From Trichoplax sp. H2 (lineage: Eukaryota), in the NCBI GenBank assembly GCA_003344405.1, contig NOWV01000209.1:1-64000 (forward strand): a stretch of DNA of 64,000 nt. Direction: 5' to 3'. The position numbers were made by a program, and so were the translations under genes. Of this stretch, positions 29,248-43,427 are shown in pieces. Each line of letters opens with the position of its first letter. The stretch's first letter is position 1. The notes under the pieces were generated by a model. It had not been told where the DNA came from. It saw nothing but the letters and a program-made list of their open reading frames with translations, and ran no database searches.

Positions 29248-31353
29248 ATCTCCAACTTGTCGACTAACTAGACGATAAAGTCGATCTATCACAGTAACCA
29301 AAGATGCAGAAAAAAGGGTTTGATTCGAGAGAGAACTGGGTGAGGGAGCGAGAATAAACAATAAAAGTATAGAAAATGTATAACGCTGTTGTATGCAATG
29401 ATCACTGCTCCAGCATAAGCACGTTAGACAGCTAGTTAGCTTGTCTGAATCTACTTCTGCTAATTACTTTATAATATCAATAATGCTTCACATGGCAGTA
29501 TAGTATACTAAGTTTACATACGAGTATATTACCATCAAGTTTCTGCTAGCAATACTTTAAATAGATTAATAATTAATTATTTAATTTTTGATACTGGCTT
29601 GCTACTGCCCAAGCCAATAGAAAATAATATGCAAGGTTAGAGTACTGCACCTGCGTAGGCTTCTGCACAGAAGCAGTAACCTTATTCATTTTCAAACAGC
29701 AAAATGAGCAAATAGTAGAATGTTGTTTTTATATGGAAAAACAGACCTGATTTATTATACCATCATTGCTTAACAGTTCTACACTTGCATGCCATTTGTA
29801 CAGAATGACTATGTTATCTATCTATTTTGATCTTACGGCTTCAATTTTGCCGTTCTACGAATGTTATGATGCGGTTGTTGGGAGACTTATGGTGTGTAAA
29901 ATATTTGTGGCAATTTCCTCGGGTTTGCTACTAAGCTATTCAGCTTGAGGCACTCCAGCTATGGTTCCTTGTTTGTTCATTAATAGAGACACTCGACTGT
30001 AATTAAAATTGTAAATATTTTCTATTGTCTGTTTAGATTTTCTAACGATAAATCGAACAGTATACCTTCCTTGAGGCGATGCAATCGTAAAACTAATTAA
30101 CTAGCAGTTCTCTGGTCCTGTCCTCACCTACTCGTACATTAAACACATACCAGTAATAACCTTATATCATTGATCACATTAAATACAGAATCTCAACAAA
30201 ATTCCAATATTTTGTAAAATACTCGCGCTAAACCTTTCTAAAGGGATTTAAATAGATCTTTAAAACAGATACACTACAGCGTATGACAATATAATTACCT
30301 CTTTGCTACTTCGTTCAACGTCTATATTCATATTCCTAAGTGACATGTTGGACAGCATATATTGGCAAAAGCATATAAGATCTCTAATTAGCGAGAATGG
30401 GTGACAATACGAAACTTTAGTAATAGTACCTTAAATGTAATTTTACCGCTTTATTATGGCTTATCCTACTCTTTCAACTACTGTATGTGCATAGAATGAA
30501 TTACTTAGATTACAGTATGCTGTATGTTGTATATATACCTATAGATTCACGTTATATATCTTCATTGTGCACTTGACACGATCTAACTTTACTATTTGTC
30601 ATGTACTCTAAAGCCCCTAACATTGGCATTAATAAATCTAGTCGTTCACTTGTTTTTAAAACGAAAATATCGAAATTTTATTCTTAAAATTGGAGAGATA
30701 GCATGCTATTACACTTCTAATACTTCAAGTATAAAATAATTAAAGAAAGTTCATCACAATCACTTATTAATAGTTTTAGGAAATAATCACCCAAATTCAA
30801 GAAAATTAAATATAATATTGGCAAAATCAGTCTAGACCCAGCTTGATTTAGTCAAATTTTGGTTTTAAGTAACTTTAATATTGCAATTACATCAAGGCAT
30901 TATTTTATTACGACTAGTCGTAATTATAAGATTTATTAACCTTGCATTTCTATCGCAATATATATATCGTGATTATATAGTTATCCATCATTCAAACTTG
31001 GTACCATTGCTCTGTTAAACAAATTCTGTCTTGTACAGTGCAATAGATCGTGAAAACAACGATTATAATAACGTTGAATAGAAGAGTAGGCGAATTTAGA
31101 ATTTAAATATGACTATCAGTGCTCATATTAGTTGAAAGCGAAATGGTTGATTGAATAAGATGATTACCTATATACCAACCACCTCTATAATTATAATTGC
31201 TATTTTAGCCCAAAGAAATGTAGTAATTACGATTAAAAGTTGGAATAGAGCATAGAAAATACATGATTTATAGGCCAATAAAAGGTAATACAGTAGTATC
31301 TAATTTGATTTTCAAAAATAGACTAGGTTAAATAATCAGTTGAAGCCATTCTT

Positions 31354-34300
31354 CTACGAATTGTGAAAACCATTTTGTACAAATTCAATTCTTTCTCCAA
31401 GTGACTCGATTTCATCAAGAATAAAATCCATGTCATCAAATGTTGTAGCACTATTTAATATGATCATCCGGAAAAAATTAACTTTATCATCCATAGGCTG
31501 ATAGCCAACGAGCATTGAGCCTCTTTTGGTCATTCCGGCTTTAATTTGAGGTGCTACCTATTAGATTAATTCAAAATTAAAAGTTTGATAATAAGAATTA
31601 GTCAGCTGTAACTGCATTCCATATTAAAATTCACCTCATAGCAAAATTGAATTAAAACATTAGCACTTTATTTTCACATAAAATTTAAACTATTTGATAG
31701 AAACCAATGAGTACAAGTGTGAGTAGAGATATAAATAATTCATTTTACCTTAAATGTAGGATAATCTCTCAGAAGGTATAATAATACTTTAAGGGTTTAC
31801 TTATATTCGGTCTAAGAATTTTATTACTATTTTGTCATCTCACCTGACTTAGTTTTCTTCGTTTAACGTCACCATCAGATAAGTTTCTGATAGCCGTAGG
31901 TATATACCAGAAGCAAATACTTACATAAACGGGCTTTATTCGTGTATAAAAATATATAAGGATATATGAATATTTTTAACTAATAACCTTTTGTTTATTT
32001 AATCAGAAATTTGATTATTACCTCAACAACCAATTCGAAGCCGTCGCGGTTCCGAATTTTCTCAGTTAGATAACTACCATAAGATAGTAATGCACATTGA
32101 TAATATTAGAATCATCAGAAACAGCTTGAGAGATTTACACATAGGCAATTATTGGTAATCAGTGATTATGACTAGACAATTTCTTGCATTGATATTTATC
32201 TACGTAAAATTTTATAGTAGAAATATAATTTACTTACTTGGAAATTTCGTAAGCATGATGCAGCTTTTTGGTAAATCCCTGGTCCCCCTGATATAAAAAT
32301 GACATATAAAGTAATGTCGTCATGTATTTCTTAATCTGATGCGTGACAAATTACAGTTACAGCATGTAAAAATCCACATTAATAAATAAATCTAGCCAAA
32401 CATCATATCATATCAATCTGCTTACCTTAGCTTTCCACATCAGCCACAATTTCATGATATCAACATGACGACCACATTGAATAGATTTATTTCCGGTATC
32501 ATATGATATATCGTATGTCATTTTATCTTTTTGAAATAAATATGACGCCGGTATTCCATGACATTCTTCTAAGAGTCCCTACATCACATAATTATAATAG
32601 ACCATGATACCGAAAAATCAGACCAGAAAACTTTTAATACTGTTTGCTATCAATTTCTGAAGTTAATTATTTCTAGCAAAATGTATTAGTTCTTATTTTA
32701 TATGAGATAATATCTGATATGTTACCGTCTATGGTAACTAAATAACCATAAGTCTATATTAATGTTTCATATATTACTAGACATTTGCCATTGAAAGCAA
32801 TATTATATCCATCACTTAATAGACAGTGTCTACAGCTAATGTATCTACAAGACGCAATATTATAAATAGATCTATGATATTAAATATAGCGCCAATTTTT
32901 CCCTAAAATTAGTCTAACACGTAGTTTACTCAAGAGCTTTAGCTTCTATCAGCATAGATTTATCCATGGAATCAAATTTTTCTCGAATTTAGGTAAATTA
33001 AAAATACAAATTTTACCTAATAGTTTCAACAATACCTTTTTTTTTGTCAAGAAAGCGGAACATTGAAAAGGACAACCCATAAACTTATGCGGATTCCAAG
33101 AAATAGAGTCAATTCGATGTATCCCCTTCATCAAGTGACGTTTTTCTGCTGATAGAATAATTGCACCACCCCAAGCAGCATCGACATGTAACCATAAATC
33201 ATACTTCTGGCATATATCAGCAATTTCGTCTAATGGATCAAAAGCACCAAAGACTGTTGTACCAGACGTAGCATTGACCAATATGGGTGCAATACCCTAT
33301 AAAAAATGATAAATGGTAAATGCCATACATCCTGCTCTTACCAAGATAGAATCCAAAGAGAAGAAGTTACTGCCTTATAAGCCCTCTACTTTTTACCAAA
33401 TTACCTGAGATTGAAGGTGGATTATTTGGTTTTCTAAATCAGAAGCCAACATGCGGCCTCTGAAAAAAATGCAAATAATTATCAAAGTATTATAAATATG
33501 CGAAGGTAATAAAAAGCAACATTCATAAATAATCCAGGCATAAAATGTAGATCTTTGCAAAATTGATCTAACTTACTTTGCATCACAATTGATCATAACT
33601 ACATTATTTAGACCAAAACCCATAAAATATGCTCCTTTTTTAAAGGAATAGTGGCTCTAGATTGTATCATGGTCGGAATAAAAGCAAAGGTAGCTCTTAC
33701 GTAAATTACCATCACTTGATAACGGTTTTAAAAATTTCTTTTGGTTAGCTTTTGATCTTACGTGTTTCGAAGTTAATATTGCCATACGAGGTAAAGAAAA
33801 CAATCCTTCCATTTTACTAGTTGGAAATTTCCTTCATAAAAATCGATGAAATTTTGCCGATGACGAATTAATCCAAATTATTCGACATTCAGTTTAAATT
33901 GATACAGAACCGAAGGAAGATTATTTCTACGCGTATTTCCTACGTTACGATTAAATCTATTGGATACTTACTTGTGCCTTGCTAAACTTATGGCATACAT
34001 ATTTGATAACGATCCACCTTAAAATTATCAAAAGTAGCTTATGATCTAGTAAATCGATATTTTTTTTAAATATATTGTTACGCGTCTATTGAAAGAGGAA
34101 TTTTTTCATTACATGTACTCTACAGTATATGATAGCTAAGCTGTATCGCATTAGGTGTTGTTGTATAAGTCGTCTATGTAATCCAATTTAATTTTACCTG
34201 GTGCAAATATACCATCACCATCAGAAAAGCCAACTAATTGTCCCATATGTCTTAGAACAGCTCTTTCCATTAACACAAAAATTGGAGCAACTTCATATGT

Positions 34301-36669
34301 ATACCTGCATAATATTATGATATATAGTCTGACGCTTACTATCTAATAAATAAAAGTTGGTATTTATTCCTAATCAAGACAAGCTTGTACATTTACGCCT
34401 TACATGCTTGTATTAGCTGTTGCTGATAGCCACTGTCCACAAAGACCAACAATGTCCATGCCACCGTAGAGTTGATTAAAAAATCGAGGATGACCTATCC
34501 ATTATGAGATTTTTAAATAGAGGAAAGAATAAAACAATTTCAAATTTCGTACCGTATTTCTATCATCACTTTTATAATCAAAAGTATACTCCAGATTGAA
34601 CGATATTGCCTATTCGATTATTACCAGTTTTTACGCAATAATTTAATGTTTCTCGACAATAATCTATAACGGTTGCCAAATCTTCAGGTGTATCCTTTAA
34701 TTCAAAGCTGATCAACTTGTTTAGTTCTTCAGGTTGTCTGAATTCAACGACTTTTTCATGCCGATCATGACATCTCTTCATATATTTAACCATAATTTGG
34801 ACCATAGCATGAATGAAGTCATCGATGTGTGCGTTCTTGTTAAGACTGCTTTGAAATTCTAATACAGAAATAGAATTGTTTATGTATGAAGGTATAGTAA
34901 TACAAACGTATAATATCAATGAAATTTAACTATTTAAAATCGGATGCAGTAATTATACTTTATATGTGTATCGATTTCTGGATTATACAGTATCATTGAT
35001 CAGGCAGCACAGCTAAACTACTAATACCGTAAAACGAATGTATCCATTACTATTAGCAATTTCTTACCCCAACTATGTAAGACTGGCGTACGAAATACAT
35101 TCATTAGTTGTTCATTCTGGTACGAAAAACTTTGTACTTTCGTCTAAACTGAATAACTGCTCAATTGAATGACTATCCAAATACAGTACTATTCGGGATA
35201 GACCAATAACGAACTGCTGAAGAATTCATTATACAATCTTAACAAATCATACATACAGTTCCTTCACTGCGTTTCATTCATCTTTATAAACTATATGTTA
35301 TTAAATAACTATAGAAAACTTAATTCCGCCGGTAAAGTAAAATTTTAATTTAATTCTATTGTTAAAAGTAATCAATCCAATCCTTATGTAATGGGAAAAG
35401 ATGGCCTTTGACTGTAATTAAACCATGAAATGTCCCCTTATATCGATCATTGCAAACTCAATGGTGAAATAAAAGGTGCCAATCAATCATGATTTGCAAG
35501 AGTAGTAAGAATTGGGGTCATATACATAATTAGACTGCATCATTCATAATTATATTTTGTATTTTATTGCAAACTTTAAATCATCTTGTCTTACAGATCC
35601 TATTGCCACTTGATTTAGATGCTATCATCTACAGTAAAACGTAGCCTTGTGATTTTGTTTTAGCCATTATTTTTGTTAAAATACCAACTTAAATCAAATT
35701 ATTCATGCATAGTAGATATTAAGATGCCAAAATCAACATAAATGAAATACTCTTAACGATGCATTAAAGTCACTGTCGTTTGATTAAATCTTACTATACC
35801 GATGCAGTCTTTTTACAGAAGGTTCAAAGATGAACTATGGTAATGCATTTATTACTGCTAATCAGACAGAGGATAAATTACAAAAAAGCAAACTCATCTT
35901 AAGCATATTGATTGGTTGATCAAAGCCAACTAGCTAAGAAATTTAGTTGAACTTGCTAGTCTGCAGTCGAATAGCATCATGACAACAAATTTGCTAGCCT
36001 GTAATCGAAGAGTATCTTTAAATATTGATTAGTAACTACACTGAAATATTCTAATCAGTGAACAAGTATGCAAAGTAAAAACAAGCAGGGCTTTCTACTA
36101 GTTCTTTATAAAATGCTATTTCAAAGTACATGCTGGATCGTTCATTGATTGTAAAATTCAACGAATTACAACAAAAGGATAGGCCTACCATCGTAACAAG
36201 AGTTAGCTGCCATTCAAAGATTCTATTGACATGTATTATGGGACTACCTACTGATCCTAGCGTTTTGGGATTTCATTAAAATAATTGAATTGTAGTCAAT
36301 CAATTAAAAAACTTCAATCTAGAATTCACTTTTACTATTCCCAAGATATGAATTTTTGTTTGCTCTACTAGCAATCGAACAAGGGTAGCCGACACTTAGG
36401 ATGGCAACTCAATTTTATTTTCAACATGGCACCGGAATTCTGAAGATTCCTTCAACTAACTTCCTATCAACTTACAATCCAATTTCACTCCAAATTAATA
36501 TCGTGTACGGTTTAATCCAGCATAAAGACGTGTAGTACAGCATTCACTTTTAGTTTTTATTGGATCAGAAAATGAATGGAAATGGGAAAGAATATGGGAA
36601 AATAGTCTTACCATCATCGTACATCTGCTGAAATTGAGGATCACTAAGTCCATCCAATGACATATCCAT
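31354..36669 (-). CDS. PLP-dependent acidic amino acid decarboxylase, copy C (CSAD/GADL1-type triad), 14 exons
   Basis: [91 protein letters not shown]. Closest of the three to the family consensus. Confidence 0.93.
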
Positions 36670-38772
36670 TTCCAAGTTCGTACGATGAAGAGAGTTTTTG
36701 ACGTCAACAAGCTTATTTTACAAATAAAGTAATTAGCGATAGAAATTAAAGGGAAGAGTTTCTACTAAAGCCAATTTTTCTCTCGTAAAAAGAATTTCAG
36801 ACCGATTAATTTCTCTATAGGTAGTTGAACACTAAAGTATTTCTCGTGCAGATGCTCTTGCTGATCAATCTAGCTGTACAGCCTGGAACTGTACGTTGAT
36901 GAATGGTGTTTACTAGTCGAATAACTACATTATTAATTAGGTAGATGCACTATCCCACCGGTACAACCCAGTCCTATCTCTCTAAATATGCTATCAATAT
37001 GTTGGACAATAGTCTATAATTGTAAAACAAAAACTGAATAAAATTAACAAAGTTCATAATAGTTTTTTGTCTTTGACTAACAGAGTTGAATAGCTATTTA
37101 TTAAATCCCATGAATATAGTAAGTAGATCAGCTCAGTAGGACTACTTGCCGCATAGTTTATTGACTTAGTCACTTTGAATATTGAGGTTATTAGAATTCC
37201 CTAGGTAATTTCTGTCAATTCCCTAAAGTTGAGCACGTCACAAAAATAGTATAGCATTGAACGGACAAAAATGCTATGAGGCAAATGGTTTATAGTCAAA
37301 GGCATAATTTCAATTTGAAAGAGTATAAAGTACAATGTGGCTGCAGTGCAGTAACATTCAAGATGAATTACTAAAGCTTGATATAAATGCTGAATGCGCC
37401 CATGCCGTATTGTAGATAGTGGAATATTATAAGTCTGCTTGTTTCAATGACTAAGCCATAGGTAAGAAAAAAGCCTCTTTCTCTCTTACCTCTATGGTCT
37501 AAATCAACTATTGAGCTACAGTATAATAAGATTAGAACAGCTTGATATCAATGTTGAACGTGGATGTGCAACATCATAGATAGTGCAATAGTATTAGTCT
37601 ATTCATTTCAATGCCTAAACATCGAAACGAACTCGTTACAACAAACTTAAGGCTGATTTTGATAATTGTGCTCCTATAACTATCATAGCCATGTTTCTAA
37701 AACCAACAAACGCCAACTAGATCTTGAAGCATTCTTCACGATATTCAATTTCAATAGATGTAATTGCTTTAACCATTATACTATTGCTAGGGTTCAATAT
37801 AAATCGTGAAAGACCATCTACTATAAGATTGATTATAATATATAGCATCTCTATTTTATTATTAAGCTATTTCTTTATGCATGCATAATTTGCTCAATTC
37901 TCGCTTCATGAAGTGCTGTAACATTATTAAGCTGTATCTCGACAAGACGGTTGTGATCGCTACCGCTAACTATTAATTTATTATCATCTACCAACCATTC
38001 AAGGCTAAATCTTGAAAATACACGTACTATTGTAAAAGTTAACACTGTAAGGCTTGAAATATCATCTTTGGCCGTTCAATCTACATAACTATCTTTAAAA
38101 TTGAAAAAGTAGCGGTTCTGTATTAAGGTAAGCTGTTAACGAAAACAGGTCAATGTTTCTATTTGACAAATACTTGCATTAAGAAATAGTCTTAGCTAAC
38201 GCTACCGGCTAAAATCAATCGACAAGCTATTAGGATATTACCCCCACCCAGTTCATCACTTTTACAATTAGTACTCAAGATCATACAGTATACCACACTG
38301 AAATATACAAATCAAGCGGTATCGAATCACAAAGAAAAATAGGATATGATTTAAAAGTCTGCTTAATTTGCAATTCTACATGTCTAAAGAATTTCTTCTA
38401 TGCGCCCAACGTTCGATTATAATGGATATTAAGATAAAATCGATATGCTATGCGTAATACGAATACTACTAAATAAAAAGAATTGGCGATAATTTAATGA
38501 TCAAGTACACAGTAGGTCTCCTTAGGTATATGGTATCGTGTCAAAATGTAACTAATCATGGAAAATCGAAAGACAGAAATAGGTTGGATGATCAATTTAA
38601 TTGCCGCTCCGTTTCGTTCATAGTCAATAACTGCCTAATAGGTGTTATCGTTTAGTTAATAAAATAAATCAAAGTGACAAGCTCTTCACATACAACCGTG
38701 ATCGTGCCTACCTTTTGTAACGATTAGAGAAAAGCTGAAAATAAGCATCAATCTTAATCACATTGATTTTAG

Positions 38773-39111
38773 TTTTCTGAGGGCAATGACTTTGTATATC
38801 GTGAAGATAGCTCGATGAAACAGTATCATGCCACAATATTTTGTCGCTAATTTGGATTACTTGTTATATATTACGATGTTATAGTACTTAGAAGAGGAGA
38901 GCTCTCGTTCGCTACCAATAAAGCAGACTATGATCCACACTACAACCTGTGTATTGGTAATAATTCATTTAACAGGTTATGTTGGTGGTTAATTTTAAAG
39001 TGTACTGGTTAAAATTATTCTTAATGCCACACAAGACACCACTCTATCGTGCATTGTGGCACTATCTCCTATCGTACACGCGATGTCGATGGAATGATTT
39101 CGTTCTGCTGA
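38773..39111 (+). pseudogene. Decayed SRCR-like exon
   Basis: After an AG acceptor, one frame reads ..HATIFCR*FG..WWLILKCTG*NYS*C..HCG..DVDGMISFC*. This echoes SRCR motifs (A.V.CRQLG, WL..V.C.G.E) but has three internal stops. Confidence 0.3.
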
Positions 39112-40749
39112 AAATGGATGGACCTTACGCAGTTTAGCTTAACTCATGATTATTTGCTCTCTCGATAGTGTTGTTTGCTGCCAATAACATCATGAAATAC
39201 CGTCCAATAAAACGTGTAAGAATTAACACCCAATGCAATCGTTGGTAGACAAGACGAGTACAGTATTCGCTTACAGTAGAAATTGAATTTACTGGACCCA
39301 TCCTCTGTATATTTGATCAATGAATGCAATTATGAACACTCAAACTATTTCATTCTCTCTTTCCTGTTCATTTGCTTACTAATACAGAGAAAATAATACC
39401 TGTAAAGTGTAAGGGACATTAAGATTGTAGTCAGCCATTGTAGTATTTATAGAAGCAGTTGTGATCGATCAATGCAATCAGTCAACACAACTAGATGCAA
39501 CTAAAATGATGACCAGAATTGAGATTTTGATTAAAGTATTCAAGGAAAACGAACATCGATACGTTTCCTTCAATTTTATTCCTTATATACGTGCATACGC
39601 GTCTTGTAGAATAGGGTCTATAAATTAATTATCCAAACTTACAAATTAGGCATTTATTAGTAATGACAATCCAGTACTATGAAATGGACAATATACCAGA
39701 TTATCCTTTCCTAACGGTGCAATTTACCTTATATAGGGATAAATAACGAATCATATTTTTGTTGACCGTCAACGTACAAGAATTGGTGAAGTCAATTATC
39801 GCAATGTGATGGCTGGTATCCGTAGAAATGGATCAAGTGAACAATTTGGTTATGGTCTACAGTATTTCAAGGGATAGTTTAAAATTTAACTGGGACCATT
39901 TGGCTCATAAGATTAAGGATCACTGTTCTGTATTCAGGGAGATGAAGAAAATGCGTATAATCCACTACAGTACACTATATCGATAACAATTCACGGTTCC
40001 AGTAAACCTTCACCAATGACAGAATCTACGATAAGCCTATGATTAATAATAGTATGGATTCATTGGATGATCACATTGGAGGTGTTCATTTTGAAATGAG
40101 TATAGTACCTCGATTGATTCAATCAATCATCATAGTATGGCTACTGTAATTTCAGATATGACATCCAGATCGAGATTGCTGCCCGTTTGACAAGGATGGC
40201 TGGTAGAACATCTGATAGCACTGGCATATTTTATCATTGGAAAATTGGAACAAGTTATTCGAAGCACCATGACGATATTACTATGTCCTTGAATAGTTAT
40301 GATATAATTGGCCGCAAATGAATGGTAGGAAATGCAACTGTGATAACTTCATACCTTAATCGCTGACTGTAGGCATAGCGGTATTTGCAGCTAAAAATAT
40401 GCTACATTGCACAAGGATTTTAACGTTTATTAATAATAAAATAATCATGCGCTATGAAGCTATGGTGAAGGGAGACGCCATGAGAATGATATCACTTTTA
40501 CCTCATTCAAAGTCTGTTTCGTTCTAGTGATATGTTACGCTTTTAATGGGTTTATCGAATAGCCGTTGGGCATTGCAAGCATGCACGGTAAAAAAGCTTG
40601 TCTGCTCACACTTTACTATGACCACTTATTTCTATTTCTATGAGTACACCTACTGCAATACCATTTTGTTAGCTCATGCTTGCCATTAAACGCTCTGTTC
40701 TTGAATATCCTCTTTAGCCTGAATGATGGCCAAAGATAGGGACGCGTTG

Positions 40750-41591
40750 TCCCTATCAAAATGATGACCTCATGATGAAGTAAAACTGTCTGATAAATGC
40801 CTGTATAAGTAAGGTTATACCGGTATTTGAAAGGAAATTCTTCGTGTCATGGACTATCGATACTTTACGGACCAGCATCTAAATGATGACCCCATGATGA
40901 AGTAAAACTGCCTGTATAAGTAACTGTATATGTAAGGTTATACCGGTGTTTGAAAGGAAATTCTTCGTGTCATGGACTATCGAAACTTTATCAACCAGCA
41001 TCAAAATGATGACCTCATGATGAAGTAAAACTGCCTGATAAATGCCTACAGTATGTAAGGTTATACCGGTGTTTGAAAGGAAATTCTTTGTGTCATGGAC
41101 TATCAATACTTTATGGACCAGCATCAAAATGATGGCCTCATGATGAACTAAAACTGCCTGTATAAGTTAGGTTATACCGGTGTTTGAAAGGAAATTCTTC
41201 GTGTTATGGACTATCAATACTTTATGGACCAGCATCAAAATAATGACCTCATGATGAAGTAAAACTGCCTGATAAATGCCTGTATATGTAAGGTTATACC
41301 GGTGTTTGAAAGGAAATTCTTCGTGTCATGGACTATCGATACTTTATGGACCAGCATCAAAAGAATGACCTCATGATGAAGTAAAACTGCCTGATAAATG
41401 CCTGTATAAGTAAGGTTATACCGGTGTTTGAAAGGAAATTCTTTGTGTTATGGACGATCGAAACTTTATCAACCAGCATCAAAATGATGGCCTCATGATA
41501 AACTAAAACTGCCTGTATAAGTAAGGTTATACCGGTGTTTGAAAGGAAATGCTTCGTGACATGGACTATCGATACGTTATCAACCAGCATC
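40750..41591. repeat. Minisatellite, 7 units of 111-123 bp, with trimeric higher-order structure
   Basis: Unit ccagcatcaaaatgatgacctcatgatgaagtaaaactgcctg..aaggttataccggtgtttgaaaggaaattcttcgtgtcatggactatcgatacttta. The marker ccagcatc falls at 40872, 40995, 41118, 41229, 41351, 41473 and 41584. Confidence 0.97.
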
Positions 41592-42058
41592 GACTAGTGA
41601 TATAGTAGTCCTGTCTTCGTGCATTTAGCCGAAACTGCTGTTCCTGATGCATTAAAACTATTTCAGCTTTCAAGTAACTTTGTTGTCAAGCAATCGTAAG
41701 CTAGTCCGCCATTCTGACTGCAAGGTGAATACCTCCAATAAAGTGATACTGCATACAGTAGACCAAAGTATCAATATCATGGTTCAAATAGAGTACTACT
41801 GTCTACTAGTGTACTGTACACTGTAGCTGTACAGTGTACTGTAGCTGTATATGGTCCGTTTGTTGTACTGTACACTATACACTGTACACTGTACTGCATA
41901 CTGTAAAAGAGAGCCGAAATGACATGGCGTCTGTTGGCCACAGAGTTGATCCAGCTGATAGCGATATTGTATTGGCAAGGACTACTCAATGTCTTTTTTC
42001 ATCATTTTCATACTACAGGAATGACTTGATTTAATATACGGTATTCCTGACGGTCAAA

Positions 42059-42538
42059 CGGATTCACTGTAGGGCGAAATAGGCTGATTTTAGTATGAAA
42101 ACTCTGAAGAATGAAATCAAGTAATCCTCGACTAGCGCTCTGCTGGCTCTATACAGACTGACGGCGAGACGGACCTACCCAGGACTAGACTCAGTATCGC
42201 CAAAGAGTGCTATCCACCCGTGTACACTGAATAGACTGTTGTCCAACTGTAAATGGTGTACTGTACGTTGTAGAGGTCATTTTGTTATCTACAACATAAG
42301 TAGGGATTCACTGTATGACGAAATAGGCTGATTTTAATATGAAAACTCTGAAAAATGAAATCAAGTAGTCCTCGACTAGCGCTCTGCTGGCTCTATACAG
42401 ACTGACAGCGAGACAGACCTATCCAGGACTGGACACAGTATCGCCAAAGAGTGCTATCAGCCGTGTACAGTACACTGAGTAGACTGTTGTCCAACTGTCA
42501 ATAGTGTCCAGGTCACTTTGTTGTCTACAACATGAGTA
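42059..42538. repeat. Two-copy tandem duplication, period 245 bp
   Basis: ggattcactgta..cctcgactagcgctctgctggctctatacagactgac..tctacaacat starts at 42059 and 42304. Confidence 0.93.
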
Positions 42539-42706
42539 ACACCATCTTAACACTTTTGCTGGGTGCTGTGTTGTTGATTGCGCACTGTAGCAACGGCCTG
42601 TACCAATACCCACCCCGCACTCCAGGAGTCTACCAATCATAATAAATATTAAATGCAAACTTTAAAGAAGGGTATATCATTCATTTTCCGGGTAATTTTC
42701 CCCTAC

Positions 42707-42805
42707 TAATAATAATAATAATAATACACTTGTACAATGGACAACTGTATCAATGTACAGTGAGTAATAGGCGCACCATCCTACCATCCATCCATCCATC
42801 CATCC
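42707..42805. repeat. (AAT)n and (CCAT)n microsatellites upstream of JAZF1
   Basis: taataataataataataata near 42707-42726 and ccatccatccatccatccatcc near 42784-42805. Confidence 0.85.
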
Positions 42806-43427
42806 AGCAACACGCCAAGGCTGACGCAACAACTCAGTCGTCCACCATGACAGGACGTAGAGTACTGTAGTGGACAAGTGTAGTATCGTATTGGACAACA
42901 TGTCCAGTACTGTACAAATGTACTGTAGTACTGTACAAGTGTACTGTAGTGGACGAGTGTAGTATCGTAGTGGACAACATTGGGACAGGAGCGTTAGGGC
43001 CCGTTGGAGAAGATTGCTTCCTCCATCAACTTATTTCTTCTCTTCAGTCAATCCCCTTCAAAGTGGTAGACTGCTATTGATTTCAACGAGTGGCTATCAC
43101 CATCCCTAATTGAACGATACCCTTTTTAGCACTACAAGTGGACAAAACAGTCTGGTTGGATTGCTTATTTTTCTAGCCCACAACAGTACTACACTACTGT
43201 TGACTAGTGTCGCTCAGTTAGGGTGACCGTCGTGGTGGTCACATCCAACGCGTCAACAACAGTCGACTTGACGCTGACTTGATTGTCCATTCTGGTAGAG
43301 CCGCCATCATCCGCAGCAAGATTCTCCCATTTCAAGGATTGATTTAGGATCAAAAAAGGATCCAATTTAATCGTTACCCTTATTCCTTTTTATGCAGTAC
43401 ATGATTGAATGACTATTGCATGAGTTG

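Noticed and set aside
40879..41590. ORFs within the 122-bp minisatellite
   Set aside because: Unit lengths are not consistently multiples of three and the frames break.
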